DNA of 64,000 nt from an uncultured Algibacter sp. Lineage in GTDB: Bacteria > Bacteroidota > Bacteroidia > Flavobacteriales > Flavobacteriaceae. Where the stretch lies: the NCBI RefSeq assembly GCF_947487575.1, contig NZ_CANKXG010000002.1, positions 167,179 through 231,178 of the forward strand, read 5' to 3'. Below are positions 18,070 to 28,766 of this stretch, in pieces. Below the pieces are notes generated by a model, which was not told the DNA's origin, searched no databases, and was given only the letters and a program-made list of their open reading frames with translations. Positions within the stretch are counted from its first letter, which is position 1. Each line of letters opens with the position of its first letter. A program made the position numbers and the translations under genes.

Positions 18070-20844
18070 TTATTTTGATATCGCACTTGGCGCATTACCA
18101 AATTCTTTTTTAAAAGCCCGACTAAAATATGAGGGGTCATTAAACCCAACATCATAAGCAATTTCAGAAATTATTTTATTGGTAGTTTGAAGTAATTCTT
18201 TGCCTTTTTGCAGTCTTATAGATCTTATAAACAGTGCTGTAGATTTTCCGCTTGTAGCTTTTAATTTTCTATAAAGTTGCGATTCACTTAAACCCAATTG
18301 AATGGCTAATTCCAAAGGTCCGAATTCTGCCTGAGTTATATTATCATGAATAGCGGTTATAATTTTATTAAGAAATTTTGTTTCAGAATTTTTAATGTTT
18401 TTATTTAGAAGTCTGTCTATTCCTGTTTTTTCAAACTTATTCAACATTGTTTTACGCAAAAGAATTAGTTGATCTATACGCGTTAATAATTCTTCTTTCT
18501 TGAATGGTTTTGTTAAATAAGCATCAGCGCCATGAGAGAGCCCAGTTAATCTATCCTCAAAAGTAGCTTTAGCTGTAAGCATGATTATTGGAATATGATT
18601 GGTGAGTTCATCTGTTTTTAATAGTTCACAAACTTCAAAACCATCTTTTTCCGGCATCATCACATCGCTAATAATAATATCGGGTATTTTTTCAAGTGCC
18701 ATTTCTATACCTATACTTCCATTAGGTGCATGTAAAATTTGATAGTTTCCTTGTAGGCAGGTTTTAATATAATGTGCCACATCCCTATTATCTTCTACAA
18801 TAAGAACTAAAGGATGATTTTTGTTAGGCGTGTTAGAAAATAGATTATCATCTACTAAAATTGATTCATTATTGAATTTTGAAACAGTTGATGTCGTAAT
18901 TAATTCTGAATCATCTAATTGATTTGCATCGTTAGTAATAGGTATTTTTACACTGAATACACTGCCTTTCCTGAGTGTACTTTCCACATGTATAGACCCA
19001 TGCATTAATTCAACAAACTCTTTAGCTAATGCCAATCCTATCCCCGAGCCTTTCTCTAGTTTGGATGATGAGTCATCTACTTGATAAAATTTATCAAAAA
19101 CATGCTGCTGGTCTTCTTTTGATATGCCTAAACCACTATCTTTTACTTTAAAGTAAAAACAGGGCGCGTGTTTTTTCTGAACCTTTTCAATAAAAACTTC
19201 AACTTTACCATGTTGCGCAGTAAATTTAATGGCGTTAGAAATTAAATTGGTGACAATGGCTGTAAATTTATTCACGTCTAAATCCATATTAAGACGCTCT
19301 AATTCGCAGTTTACTGAAAAATCAATATGCTTATCTTCAGCAAGGGATTGAAAACTTTGAGTTAGATATTTGGTAAAAGGAATACTATCAATTTGAACTA
19401 AATTTAACTCCACATGACCACTTTCAATCTTAGCTAAATCTAGCATCTCATTTATTAAATTTAATAAACTATCACTATTCCTATCAATAATCTCTACTGC
19501 TTTTTCAAGATGGTCAGTTTGTTGATTATTTAAATCCGATTTAATATTACTCGTCATTCCCTTAATAACGGTAAGTGGCGTTCTAAATTCATGTGTAATA
19601 TTTGTAAATAAAGCGTTTTTTAGCTGGTTAATCTCCTTCAATCGTTTACTTTCATTAGCTGTAATTCTTCTAGAAATAAGAAAATAGGCTCCGGCAATTA
19701 GTAACACCAATAACCCAATAATTAAAAACAGATTCTTCTCTCGATTCTTTTTTCGCAAACCCTCTTCATAAGTTATATTCAATAATTCTTTTTCCTGAGC
19801 TTGAGCAATACTGTCTGCAACTAGCTGATTATTAAAAATAATATTTTGAATTTCTGTTCTGGCTTTATCTTCTTTTTTATCATTTATTAAAACTTGATAC
19901 TTTTCATAAAAATCAAGAGCTATTGCGGGTCTGTTTAATTTTTTATTAATCTCGTAAAGACTTTTTAAAAGATTAGACTCCGGATTCCAGTTATTAGATT
20001 CATAAATTTTCAAACAAGCTTCACATTCTTTTAAGGCTTTATTATATTTTTTTAATCCATAATCTATTTGACATTGCCATAAATGAATATCCATTGAAAA
20101 ATTCCTTGAATATTTTGGCGTAGCAAATTGTGCTGTAACCGTTTTATATTCATTTAAATATTTTACGGCTTCGGCGTATTGTTTCTCTTTTATATAGAGT
20201 GAAAGCAAGTAACCAGTTCCAACAGTGGCATACTCTTCAAGACCTATTTCTTTTGATATTCGAATAGCTTCCTTCCAATGTTTTATGGATTTTGGAATAT
20301 CACCCATTTTACTATAAACGTTAGCTAAATTCCCGTTGGCTCCAGAAATACTACGCTTAATTCCATATTTCTCACTTAATCGTAAATGTTCCAAATGGTG
20401 CTTTTCTGCCTCTTTAAAATCTCCCAATGTTTGAAAGATGAAACCTTGGTAAGTAGCACTCCAGCCTTCATTCAATCTATCTCCTAATTCTCTGTAGTGT
20501 TTTTGAGATTTTTGTAGCGATTTAAAGGCATTAATATAATCATCGTATTTCAAATATAAATCTCCAGAGCGATAGGCTTTACCCATCAAAATATTAGCAT
20601 CAATTTGAAATCGATTACTGTTTTTCTTTTTAGCCAAATCAAGCATTTGCTTTCCTAAAACAAGTGCACTATCCGTTTTTGTAAATAAATAATAATCTTC
20701 AATCAAATTTGTCATGGATTCAAATCTAATAGAATCATGAAGCGTTTCGGTATGCCAAATTTCAAAAAGGGAATCTTTTCTTTTTTGAGCAAAAATAATC
20801 CCCAAAAAAAACAGCGAAAATATAAACGTAAAAGTGAGTTTCAT
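18070..20844 (-). CDS. Hybrid sensor histidine kinase/response regulator with TPR sensor and AraC HTH
   Basis: TPRs, TM, NITHEFRTPLT (HisKA), NLISNAIKF/GSGIGL (HATPase), VEDN...SDVMMP (REC), C-terminal AraC (GFNDPSYFSRAFKK). Confidence 0.92.
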   Translation of the reverse strand: MKLTFTFIFSLFFLGIIFAQKRKDSLFEIWHTETLHDSIRFESMTNLIEDYYLFTKTDSALVLGKQMLDLAKKKNSNRFQIDANILMGKAYRSGDLYLKYDDYINAFKSLQKSQKHYRELGDRLNEGWSATYQGFIFQTLGDFKEAEKHHLEHLRLSEKYGIKRSISGANGNLANVYSKMGDIPKSIKHWKEAIRISKEIGLEEYATVGTGYLLSLYIKEKQYAEAVKYLNEYKTVTAQFATPKYSRNFSMDIHLWQCQIDYGLKKYNKALKECEACLKIYESNNWNPESNLLKSLYEINKKLNRPAIALDFYEKYQVLINDKKEDKARTEIQNIIFNNQLVADSIAQAQEKELLNITYEEGLRKKNREKNLFLIIGLLVLLIAGAYFLISRRITANESKRLKEINQLKNALFTNITHEFRTPLTVIKGMTSNIKSDLNNQQTDHLEKAVEIIDRNSDSLLNLINEMLDLAKIESGHVELNLVQIDSIPFTKYLTQSFQSLAEDKHIDFSVNCELERLNMDLDVNKFTAIVTNLISNAIKFTAQHGKVEVFIEKVQKKHAPCFYFKVKDSGLGISKEDQQHVFDKFYQVDDSSSKLEKGSGIGLALAKEFVELMHGSIHVESTLRKGSVFSVKIPITNDANQLDDSELITTSTVSKFNNESILVDDNLFSNTPNKNHPLVLIVEDNRDVAHYIKTCLQGNYQILHAPNGSIGIEMALEKIPDIIISDVMMPEKDGFEVCELLKTDELTNHIPIIMLTAKATFEDRLTGLSHGADAYLTKPFKKEELLTRIDQLILLRKTMLNKFEKTGIDRLLNKNIKNSETKFLNKIITAIHDNITQAEFGPLELAIQLGLSESQLYRKLKATSGKSTALFIRSIRLQKGKELLQTTNKIISEIAYDVGFNDPSYFSRAFKKEFGNAPSAISK

Positions 20845-20968
20845 TTAGAATGCATAATAAACGAAGTTATCTTTTTTTTATGATAAAGTCAAACAATCCT
20901 TATTATCTGGCTTTATAAATTAAACCAATAATCCATAACTTTACCAACTCAACTTACTATTACAATTA

Positions 20969-21475
20969 ATGACCAAAATACTCCTACTTTCTGACACACA
21001 CAGTTATATAGACAATAACATATTAAAGTATGTAAAACAAGCCGATGAAGTATGGCATGCCGGTGATATTGGAGATTTAAAAGTTACAGATACTATTAAA
21101 ACTTTAAAACCCTTACGTGGTGTTTATGGTAATATTGACGATGCTAAAGTGCGATTGGAATATCCAGAGCATAACCGATTTATGTGCGAAGGTGTTGATG
21201 TTTGGATGACGCACATTGGTGGCTACCCGCCAAAATATAATTTAAGAGTAATTGATACTATAAAAGTAAACCCTCCCAAATTATTTATCTGTGGACATTC
21301 ACATATTTTAAAAGTTATGCCTGATAAGAAACTAAACCTCATCCATATGAATCCTGGGGCGGTTGGTAAACATGGGTTTCATAAGGTTAGAACCATGCTA
21401 CGTTTTACAATTGACGGTAAAAAGATTGATAATTTAGAGGTGGTTGAGTTTCCGGTTAGGCATCCTAAAGGATAA
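20969..21475 (+). CDS. Metallophosphoesterase (YfcE-like)
   Basis: LSDTH, HAGD, GN.D, CGHSH, NPG motifs. Confidence 0.9.
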   Translation: MTKILLLSDTHSYIDNNILKYVKQADEVWHAGDIGDLKVTDTIKTLKPLRGVYGNIDDAKVRLEYPEHNRFMCEGVDVWMTHIGGYPPKYNLRVIDTIKVNPPKLFICGHSHILKVMPDKKLNLIHMNPGAVGKHGFHKVRTMLRFTIDGKKIDNLEVVEFPVRHPKG

Positions 21476-21502
21476 ATTAAATAAAAAGAGAGACCAAGTG
21501 AA

Positions 21503-21643
21503 TTAAAATTGTTTCCTTGCCTTTCTATTTCTACTGCTTCGGAAATTCCTCCCACTTCTAGTAAAGTAACTTACTAAAGCCATTGCTACACCTACAATAA
21601 TAACAAGAATTAGTATTTGATATGCTTCTTCTGGAATGTTCAT
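21503..21643 (-). CDS. Small single-TM protein, 46 aa (not in ORF track)
   Basis: Manual translation MNIPEEAYQILILVIIVGVAMALVSYFTRSGRNFRSSRNRKARKQF. Confidence 0.5.
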   Translation of the reverse strand: MNIPEEAYQILILVIIVGVAMALVSYFTRSGRNFRSSRNRKARKQF

Positions 21644-21690
21644 ACTTTAAATATACAAAAAAATTCTAAGCTTCTTGTTAGCAGATGACT

Positions 21691-21829
21691 GCGTTTGATA
21701 TTGCAGTGAAACATTTAAGTTCATGAATTCTTATATCTAAATAGATATCTATGAATTAAAGCCCACAGCACGACGAAGGAGTTGCGAGGACTTGAAAACG
21801 TAAAGCCCGACCCTTGGATAACGCCCAAA
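21691..21829. repeat. Flavo-1-like repeat, copy B (inverted)
   Basis: GCGTTTGATATTGCAG...AAAGCCCGACCCTTGGATAACGCCCAAA. Confidence 0.65.
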
Positions 21830-21907
21830 TAACAAAATAAAAGCATTCGTTTTACTTGATATGTTGTAAATTTGCGCGATTAAAAAAACAGTAAAGATTA
21901 TATATTT

Positions 21908-22336
21908 ATGAGTCAAGTAAAAGAGAATGATACAGTAAAAGTGCATTACACTGGAAAGTTAGGTAACGGGCAGGTTTTTGATAGCTCTTTGGAGCGTGAG
22001 CCGTTGGAGGTAACTTTAGGTCAAGGAATGCTTATTCCTGGTTTTGAAAAGGGTATTATTTCGATGGAAGTAAACGAGAAGAAAACGATTAATATTCCGG
22101 TTGCAGAAGCTTATGGCGAGGTGCAAAAAGAATTGTTTTACGATGTGAAGAAAGAGCAATTACCACAAGATATGGCTCCTGAGGTTGGTATGGGACTAGC
22201 TTCTAAAGATGAAAATGGTAGAGAAGTACAGTTTCGTATTGCTGAAGTTAAGGAAGACCATATTGTTGTTGATGCCAACCATCCGTTAGCTGGACAAGAT
22301 TTAACTTTTGAATTGGAACTTCTTGAAATAAAGTAA
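21908..22336 (+). CDS. FKBP-type peptidyl-prolyl isomerase (short SlyD type)
   Basis: VKVHYTG, FDSS, IPGFE, VDANHPLAG.DLTF; TAAATTTG -7 box at 21866-21873. Confidence 0.93.
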   Translation: MSQVKENDTVKVHYTGKLGNGQVFDSSLEREPLEVTLGQGMLIPGFEKGIISMEVNEKKTINIPVAEAYGEVQKELFYDVKKEQLPQDMAPEVGMGLASKDENGREVQFRIAEVKEDHIVVDANHPLAGQDLTFELELLEIK

Positions 22337-22418
22337 CGTTTCCATTTATACGAAAAAAAATTAAAAAGCCAGAATATAATACTCTAGGCTTTTTTTATAT
22401 TCTAACTGTGAGGAATTA

Positions 22419-22448
22419 AAAAACCCAAAGCTTTCGCTTTGGGTTTTT
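22419..22448. terminator. Bidirectional intrinsic terminator
   Basis: AAAAACCCAAAGC-TTTC-GCTTTGGGTTTTT between convergent genes. Confidence 0.75.
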
Positions 22449-22475
22449 CGCACTAATACTACTAAGATGTTAGGT

Positions 22476-22886
22476 TTAACGTAACCTATCCACAGATTTT
22501 ACAAGCTCTTCATCCTTCTTGATGGCCTTATTGGCTAGTGCCAACAATACGATAGAAACAATAGGGAGAAGCATCCCAATACCTTTCTTTGAAACCGCCG
22601 TTTCTCCAGATACATTTAGTGATTGATACACGAAAAATCCTAGTAAAATAAAGTTTAATATGATGTTAAGTCGTCCCAGCATAAATTGGGACTTCCTATT
22701 TTTATAACGAAATATAGCTACCATAGAGAAAAAAGCAGATGTTAAAAAGGCAGCAAATACGTAATTAACGTCGGCTGCAAATACTTTTATATCGGCTTCT
22801 GTTACCCATAATTCAAATACAAATATAAGTCCTGCAGAAACTCCTGCGGCTAATAATAGATATACTGTTTGAATACGTTGTAACAT
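22476..22886 (-). CDS. DUF4293 family membrane protein
   Basis: MLQRIQT N-terminus, F.YKNRK.Q, AI.KDE.LVKS.DRLR C-terminus. Confidence 0.85.
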   Translation of the reverse strand: MLQRIQTVYLLLAAGVSAGLIFVFELWVTEADIKVFAADVNYVFAAFLTSAFFSMVAIFRYKNRKSQFMLGRLNIILNFILLGFFVYQSLNVSGETAVSKKGIGMLLPIVSIVLLALANKAIKKDEELVKSVDRLR

Positions 22887-23069
22887 GTTTTTTGCTAACT
22901 AGACCGCAAAAATAATAGATTTAACGCTAATAAATAAAATAAATTTGTATTATTGCAGTAATAATTCACAACAACCGCACTTACAAGTGGTTAATTCTTC
23001 AAGATTTTAAAAATCATTTTTCAGAATAACTCTAACAGTATTCAAATAAAAATATCCAACTAAACATAA

Positions 23070-24686
23070 ATGTTTGAAATTTCACAATTAAAAGAAAAAA
23101 AACTCACTGATTTACAGGAGATTGCAAAAAAATTGAATGTCCCAAAATACCGTTCAATGAAAAAACTAGATTTAGTTTACCAAATACTAGATCAACAAGC
23201 TGCGGATCCAAAAGCAGTAAAAGCTGTCGCTCCAGAAGCAACTGCAGATACCCCTAACGAAAAGCCCGCCAGAAAACCAAGACAGCGTGTGCAAAAGCCT
23301 GCTCCTAGAAACGAGCAACCGCAAAGCAATGATAAGGATAAGGTAGCTGATAACAATTCTGTTCCTGAAGCTGAGCCAAAAGCTGAAGTGCCTCAAAATA
23401 AAGAGGAGAAAAAGCCGGTACATAAGCCAAACCCTAGACCGCAAAACGAAAATAAAAACAAGCCAAACCCTAGACCGCAAAACAAACATCAGCATAAAAA
23501 TCAAAAAAACGGCAATGTTGACAAGGGTAATAAAGATAGTAGAAACCGTTACCGTGAACCAGATTATGAGTTTGATGCCATTATTGAAAGTGAAGGTGTT
23601 TTAGACATTATGCAAGATGGTTATGGTTTTTTACGCTCTTCTGATTACAACTATTTATCATCTCCTGATGATATTTATGTATCACAATCTCAAATTCGCT
23701 TGTTCGGTTTAAAAGTTGGTGACACCGTATTTGGAAACGTAAGACCTCCAAAAGAAGGCGAAAAATATTTCCCTTTAATTAAGGTAAGTAAAATTAATGG
23801 TCAAAACCCTAATGTAGTTAGAGACCGTGTCTCTTTCGAGCATTTAACGCCATTATTCCCGCAAGAAAAATTCAATATAGCAGAACGTCAAAGCACGATT
23901 TCTACGCGTATTATGGATTTATTTGCACCTATTGGAAAAGGGCAACGTGGTATGATTGTATCGCAACCAAAAACGGGTAAAACCATGTTACTTAAGGATG
24001 TTGCCAATGCTATTGCAGCAAACCATCCAGAAGTTTATCAAATGATTTTATTAATTGATGAACGTCCGGAAGAGGTAACAGACATGCAACGTAATGTACG
24101 TGGGGAAGTTATTGCATCTACCTTTGATAAGGAAGCCCACGAACACGTAAAAATTGCAAACATTGTTCTTGAAAAAGCAAAACGATTAGTAGAATGTGGG
24201 CACGATGTGGTGATTCTTTTAGACTCCATTACACGTTTGGCAAGAGCATACAACTCGGTACAACCTGCCTCAGGTAAAATATTAAGTGGTGGTGTAGATG
24301 CCAATGCATTACACAAACCAAAACGTTTCTTTGGTGCTGCGCGTAACATAGAAAATGGTGGTTCGCTTACCATTATCGCTACTGCACTTACCGAAACAGG
24401 TTCTAAAATGGACGAAGTTATCTTTGAAGAATTTAAAGGAACTGGTAATATGGAACTTCAGTTGGATAGAAAAATATCTAACCGTAGAATTTTCCCTGCT
24501 ATCGATTTAACCTCTTCAAGTACGCGTCGTGATGATATTCTATTAGATGCCGTTACCGTACAACGCATGTGGGTAATGCGCAAATATCTTGCAGATATGA
24601 ACCCAGTTGAAGCTATGGAATTTATAAACGATAGATTCAAACAAACTAAAAATAACGAAGAATTCTTAATATCTATGAATGGGTAA
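23070..24686 (+). CDS. rho: Transcription termination factor Rho with N-terminal disordered insertion
   Basis: [41 protein letters not shown]; 24-bp tandem copy at 23424-23447/23460-23483 in the insertion. Confidence 0.97.
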   Translation: MFEISQLKEKKLTDLQEIAKKLNVPKYRSMKKLDLVYQILDQQAADPKAVKAVAPEATADTPNEKPARKPRQRVQKPAPRNEQPQSNDKDKVADNNSVPEAEPKAEVPQNKEEKKPVHKPNPRPQNENKNKPNPRPQNKHQHKNQKNGNVDKGNKDSRNRYREPDYEFDAIIESEGVLDIMQDGYGFLRSSDYNYLSSPDDIYVSQSQIRLFGLKVGDTVFGNVRPPKEGEKYFPLIKVSKINGQNPNVVRDRVSFEHLTPLFPQEKFNIAERQSTISTRIMDLFAPIGKGQRGMIVSQPKTGKTMLLKDVANAIAANHPEVYQMILLIDERPEEVTDMQRNVRGEVIASTFDKEAHEHVKIANIVLEKAKRLVECGHDVVILLDSITRLARAYNSVQPASGKILSGGVDANALHKPKRFFGAARNIENGGSLTIIATALTETGSKMDEVIFEEFKGTGNMELQLDRKISNRRIFPAIDLTSSSTRRDDILLDAVTVQRMWVMRKYLADMNPVEAMEFINDRFKQTKNNEEFLISMNG

Positions 24687-24734
24687 AACCATTCCCGTGT
24701 AGACGGCACACTAACTATAACTAACTCAAACTAG

Positions 24735-24766
24735 AAAAAGCCTTAACCATTTGTTGAGGCTTTTTT
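24735..24766 (+). terminator. Intrinsic terminator after rho
   Basis: AAAAAGCCTTAAC...GTTGAGGCTTTTTT. Confidence 0.7.
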
Positions 24767-24777
24767 GCGTTTCTTAA

Positions 24778-24869
24778 TTTGGGCGTTACCACAAGGGTCG
24801 TGCTTTCCGTTCATAGTTTTGCCTCGATGCGCGCCTCGGCAAAAGCTAACCACTGCAATCACTAACGCG
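24778..24869. repeat. Flavo-1-like repeat, copy C
   Basis: TTTGGGCGTTACCACAAGGGTCG...CTGCAATCACTAACGCG. Confidence 0.7.
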
Positions 24870-24974
24870 GGTTAGCAACTTCAATTAAGCATTATTTATA
24901 ATTTCAAAAAAAAAAGCCTTAGCAAAAATTTATGCTAAGGCTTTAATCTATATTCTAAAAAATGTCTTTTTAAA

Positions 24975-25337
24975 TTAGTAACTATTCAAAAGATCTCTAT
25001 ACTCTTTTAAATCGGCAACGTTACCTTTATTATTAAGGTTTTTCATTAGTGCAATAACATATTTTAAGCTTTCTACAGGAGCAACCTCTTCATTTGCTTC
25101 AACCTCTCCATCCTCTTCAATAGGCTCATCATCAAGTATAGGAATCATAAAAGATTCTGTTTCTTGAATATGCTCATAAGTTAACCTGAGTACTTTTACC
25201 ACTAAAGGCACTTGTTGCTCTAAAGCGTAAGTTCTTAATTCCTTTAAGTCTTCAATCAATTTATCTGTATTAATACCTGACTTATCTAAATTTTTAAGAA
25301 TCTTGTCTATTAATTCTATTGCTTTTTTATTTTCCAA
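24975..25337 (-). CDS. Conserved hypothetical protein
   Basis: 120-aa acidic helical ORF with TAAATTTG -7 box at 25380-25387. Confidence 0.7.
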   Translation of the reverse strand: MENKKAIELIDKILKNLDKSGINTDKLIEDLKELRTYALEQQVPLVVKVLRLTYEHIQETESFMIPILDDEPIEEDGEVEANEEVAPVESLKYVIALMKNLNNKGNVADLKEYRDLLNSY

Positions 25338-25422
25338 AAGGGGGTAATATTAAATGGTTATATAATTTTGTGATAATTGCAAATTTATATTATTAAACTG
25401 AAATCTGATTAAAAAAAATCAT

Positions 25423-25453
25423 AAAAAAAGCTTCTCATTTCTGAGAAGCTTTT
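25423..25453 (-). terminator. Intrinsic terminator after rpsT
   Basis: AAAAAAAGCTTCTCA-TTTC-TGAGAAGCTTTT. Confidence 0.75.
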
Positions 25454-25478
25454 AAATATTTTAGACTTTAAAATGATA

Positions 25479-25730
25479 TTAAAGTGCAGCAACAAATTTT
25501 GCTAAACCAGACTTAAGGTTTGCAGCTTTATTTGCATGAATAACGTTTTTCTTTGCTAACTTATCTAACATAGAAACTACAGTAGGAAACATTTTTTCCG
25601 CCTCTTTCTTATCAGTTAACTCTTTCAATTTTTTAATTGCATTACGAGTTGTTTTATGCTGATATTTATTAGTTAAGCGTTTTGCTTCGTTACTTCTAAT
25701 TCTCTTTAATGCTGACTTGTGATTTGCCAT
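25479..25730 (-). CDS. rpsT: 30S ribosomal protein S20
   Basis: [12 protein letters not shown]...[11 protein letters not shown]. Confidence 0.97.
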   Translation of the reverse strand: MANHKSALKRIRSNEAKRLTNKYQHKTTRNAIKKLKELTDKKEAEKMFPTVVSMLDKLAKKNVIHANKAANLKSGLAKFVAAL

Positions 25731-25757
25731 TTTGTTTCTTTCTTAATTTTTTAATTG

Positions 25758-25829
25758 TAGCCCGTAGGGGAATCGAACCCCTCTTACATGGATGAAAACC
25801 ATGCGTCCTAGCCGATAGACGAACGGGCC
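25758..25829 (-). tRNA. tRNA-Glu (anticodon TTC), CCA not encoded
   Basis: GGCCCGT/ACGGGCT acceptor stem, CATGG-TTTTCAT-CCATG anticodon arm, GGTTCGATTCC T-loop; -7 box TATTTTTG at 25915-25922. Confidence 0.95.
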
Positions 25830-25999
25830 ATTTGTTTTAAGTGTGCAAATACCATTACTAAAATCAATACTTGCTATACCTTTCAAATAACTTACAACGT
25901 TTCCATTGCGGATGCAAAAATACAACTATTTTTAAATGTTGCAAGAGGTAAATAATATTTTTTTAAAAAAAATTATTTTAGCCTGATTTTCAATACTAT

Positions 26000-27478
26000 T
26001 TAGTACGCTTTTGCGAACAACACTCTACGTTTTGAAGGTTTTCCAGAATACACACAAACACCTGCCTCAACCTTACCCACTAAAGGAATACATCGAATAG
26101 TTGCTTTAGTTAATTCCTTTATCTTGTCTTCTGTTTCATTTGTACCATCCCAATGTGCAGAAATAAAGCCCGTTTTTGTTTCTAAAACCGTTTTAAATTC
26201 ATCAAACGTTTCTACTTCTGTAATATGCTCATTTCTAAAATCTAAAGCTTTACTAAATAAAGAATCTTGAATGTCTTTTAATAAGGTTTCAATCTTTTCA
26301 TTTAATGTATCAAGAGCAACAACTTCTTTAGTTAGGGTATCTCTTCTTGCAATTTCAACAGTTCCATTAGCTAAATCTCTAGCTCCAATAGCAAGTCTCA
26401 ATGGCACACCTTGCAACTCGTGTTGTGCAAATTTAGCGCCAGGTCTATGCGTTGTTCTATTATCAAATTTAACAGTAATGTTTTTTGCTCTTAAATCTTT
26501 TATAATATCATTAGCCACTTTGGTAATGGCATTTAAATCTTCATCACTTTTATAAATAGGAATAATAACTACTTGATTTGGTGCTAAACTTGGTGGTAAT
26601 ACTAAACCATAATCATCACTATGCGTCATAATCAATGCTCCCATTAATCGTGTAGAAACACCCCAAGAGGTAGCCCATACATAATCTTGCTTACCTTCTT
26701 TATTAGCAAACTTTACATCGAAAGCTTTAGCAAAATTCTGCCCCAAAAAGTGCGATGTTCCTGCTTGTAGCGCTTTTCCATCTTGCATTAAGGCTTCAAT
26801 ACAATATGTTTCATCAGCACCTGCAAAACGTTCGCTTTCTGTTTTTAAACCTTGAATAACAGGTATTGCCATAAACTTTTCTACAAAGGTGGCATATACA
26901 TTATTCATTAATGCAGCTTCATCCACAGCTTCTTGCTTGGTTTCATGAGCAGTATGACCTTCTTGCCATAAAAACTCTGCTGTACGCAAAAATAAACGTG
27001 TACGCATTTCCCATCGTACCACATTGGCCCATTGGTTTATTAATAAAGGTAAATCTCTATACGATTGAACCCAACCTTTAAAGGTATTCCAAATAATAGC
27101 TTCACTAGTTGGTCTTACAATTAATTCCTCTTCAAGTTTTGCTTCTGGATCTACACGCAACTTCCCAGGTTTATCTGGATCATTTTGCAATCTATAATGT
27201 GTAACAATAGCACACTCTTTTGCAAAACCTTCGGCATTTTTTTCTTCTGCTTCAAACAAACTTTTAGGAACAAAAAGAGGAAAATAAGCATTTTGATGCC
27301 CAGTTTCTTTAAACATTTTATCTAATTCTGCCTGCATTTTTTCCCAAATTGCATAACCATAAGGTTTAATCACCATACAACCTCTTACTGCCGAATTCTC
27401 AGCTAGGTCAGCCTTGACAACCAATTCGTTATACCATTTTGAATAATCTTCTGCTCTACTGGTAAGTTTTTTACTCAT
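26000..27478 (-). CDS. proS: Proline--tRNA ligase (eukaryote/archaeal-like type)
   Basis: [36 protein letters not shown]-terminal FAKAY. Confidence 0.97.
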   Translation of the reverse strand: MSKKLTSRAEDYSKWYNELVVKADLAENSAVRGCMVIKPYGYAIWEKMQAELDKMFKETGHQNAYFPLFVPKSLFEAEEKNAEGFAKECAIVTHYRLQNDPDKPGKLRVDPEAKLEEELIVRPTSEAIIWNTFKGWVQSYRDLPLLINQWANVVRWEMRTRLFLRTAEFLWQEGHTAHETKQEAVDEAALMNNVYATFVEKFMAIPVIQGLKTESERFAGADETYCIEALMQDGKALQAGTSHFLGQNFAKAFDVKFANKEGKQDYVWATSWGVSTRLMGALIMTHSDDYGLVLPPSLAPNQVVIIPIYKSDEDLNAITKVANDIIKDLRAKNITVKFDNRTTHRPGAKFAQHELQGVPLRLAIGARDLANGTVEIARRDTLTKEVVALDTLNEKIETLLKDIQDSLFSKALDFRNEHITEVETFDEFKTVLETKTGFISAHWDGTNETEDKIKELTKATIRCIPLVGKVEAGVCVYSGKPSKRRVLFAKAY

Positions 27479-27576
27479 ATCTTAGTTTTGGCACAAATAT
27501 TGTGTCTATTAGAAATATAAAATAGTTCAGCAAAACTAACTATTTTTGTTATGTTCAACAATAAAATTATAGAGAT

Positions 27577-28740
27577 ATGCAATTTAACAACTACTTAAAA
27601 GAAAAAGTGCCATTTATAGCCCTAATTGGTTTACTATTTGGCTTGGTTTCTTGCGGTTCTTACCAATATGTTGGTATGGATAGTGATGGAATTTATGGGG
27701 ATACTCCACAAGTGCAAACTCAAAACACTTATGAAACAGTTGTTGAAGTTCCAAACGAAGGAAATAGCAATTATTACAAAAACTACTTTAAAACAAAATC
27801 TATAGAATCTGAAAACATTTATGCAGGTGATGAAATTTTCACCGATATAGATGCCTATGAAAGTGATAATTATGTTGAAAATGACTCTCTGCAAAACAAC
27901 TATAGAGGATATGCTGGTTGGGGCCAAGACAGCAATAGCGTTACCATTAACTATGTAAATAACGGCTGGAACAACTGGGGTTGGAACGGTGGTTTTGGTT
28001 GGGGCGGCGGCTTCGGCTGGAATGACTGGGGTTATGGTGGCTGGAACAATTGGGGCTGGAACCGATGGAACAACTGGGGTTGGGGCGGAGGCCTTGGCTG
28101 GGGTTGGAATAATTGGGCTTGGAGCGGTGGTTTTGGTTGGGGCGGCGGCTTCGGCTGGAATAACTGGGGCTTCAATAGAGGATTTTACAACAATCGAGGA
28201 TTTTATAATGGAAGAGGCATATATAATAGAGGAATCGCCTACAGTACCGGTAGAAGAAATAGTTACGCTTCAAACAATTCTAGAAGAAATAGTGTAAGCT
28301 CTAATAGCAGATTAAATAGACGTAGCTCTATAAATTCTCAACAAAGGACAACTACATCAAAATATAATACAGCAAGAAGAAGTAGCGTAAATAGAAACTC
28401 GACAACAATTAATAGGAGAAGTTACAACGCTAATGGCACTCGTACATCTTCGGGTGTTACAAGACGATCAACTACCGTTAGAACACCATCTACAAACTCT
28501 AATGCTAGAGCTTCGTCTTCAACAGCAAGGAGAAATTCAAGCACTGTTTATAGACAACCTTCAAGAAATAGCTCTGGTTCGAATACAGTAAGAAGATCAT
28601 CATCTTCAAACAATAGAAGTTACACACCTAGCAGAAGTTCATCTAGTTCAAGATCAAGTTCTGCCTCTAGGTCATCATCAAGTAGCAGAAGTTCTTCAGG
28701 TAGAAGTAGTTCAAGATCTTCAAGCAGCAGAAGACGTTAA
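27577..28740 (+). CDS. Lipoprotein with G/W/N-rich repeats and S/R-rich tail
   Basis: Lipobox LVS-C; low-complexity C-terminal half. Confidence 0.75.
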   Translation: MQFNNYLKEKVPFIALIGLLFGLVSCGSYQYVGMDSDGIYGDTPQVQTQNTYETVVEVPNEGNSNYYKNYFKTKSIESENIYAGDEIFTDIDAYESDNYVENDSLQNNYRGYAGWGQDSNSVTINYVNNGWNNWGWNGGFGWGGGFGWNDWGYGGWNNWGWNRWNNWGWGGGLGWGWNNWAWSGGFGWGGGFGWNNWGFNRGFYNNRGFYNGRGIYNRGIAYSTGRRNSYASNNSRRNSVSSNSRLNRRSSINSQQRTTTSKYNTARRSSVNRNSTTINRRSYNANGTRTSSGVTRRSTTVRTPSTNSNARASSSTARRNSSTVYRQPSRNSSGSNTVRRSSSSNNRSYTPSRSSSSSRSSSASRSSSSSRSSSGRSSSRSSSSRRR

Positions 28741-28766
28741 TCTTATTTATTAAAGAAAAAACATAT

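Noticed and set aside
25758-25829. tRNA-Glu as an island integration site
   Set aside because: No duplicated tRNA 3' end seen in the window; rpsT follows directly.
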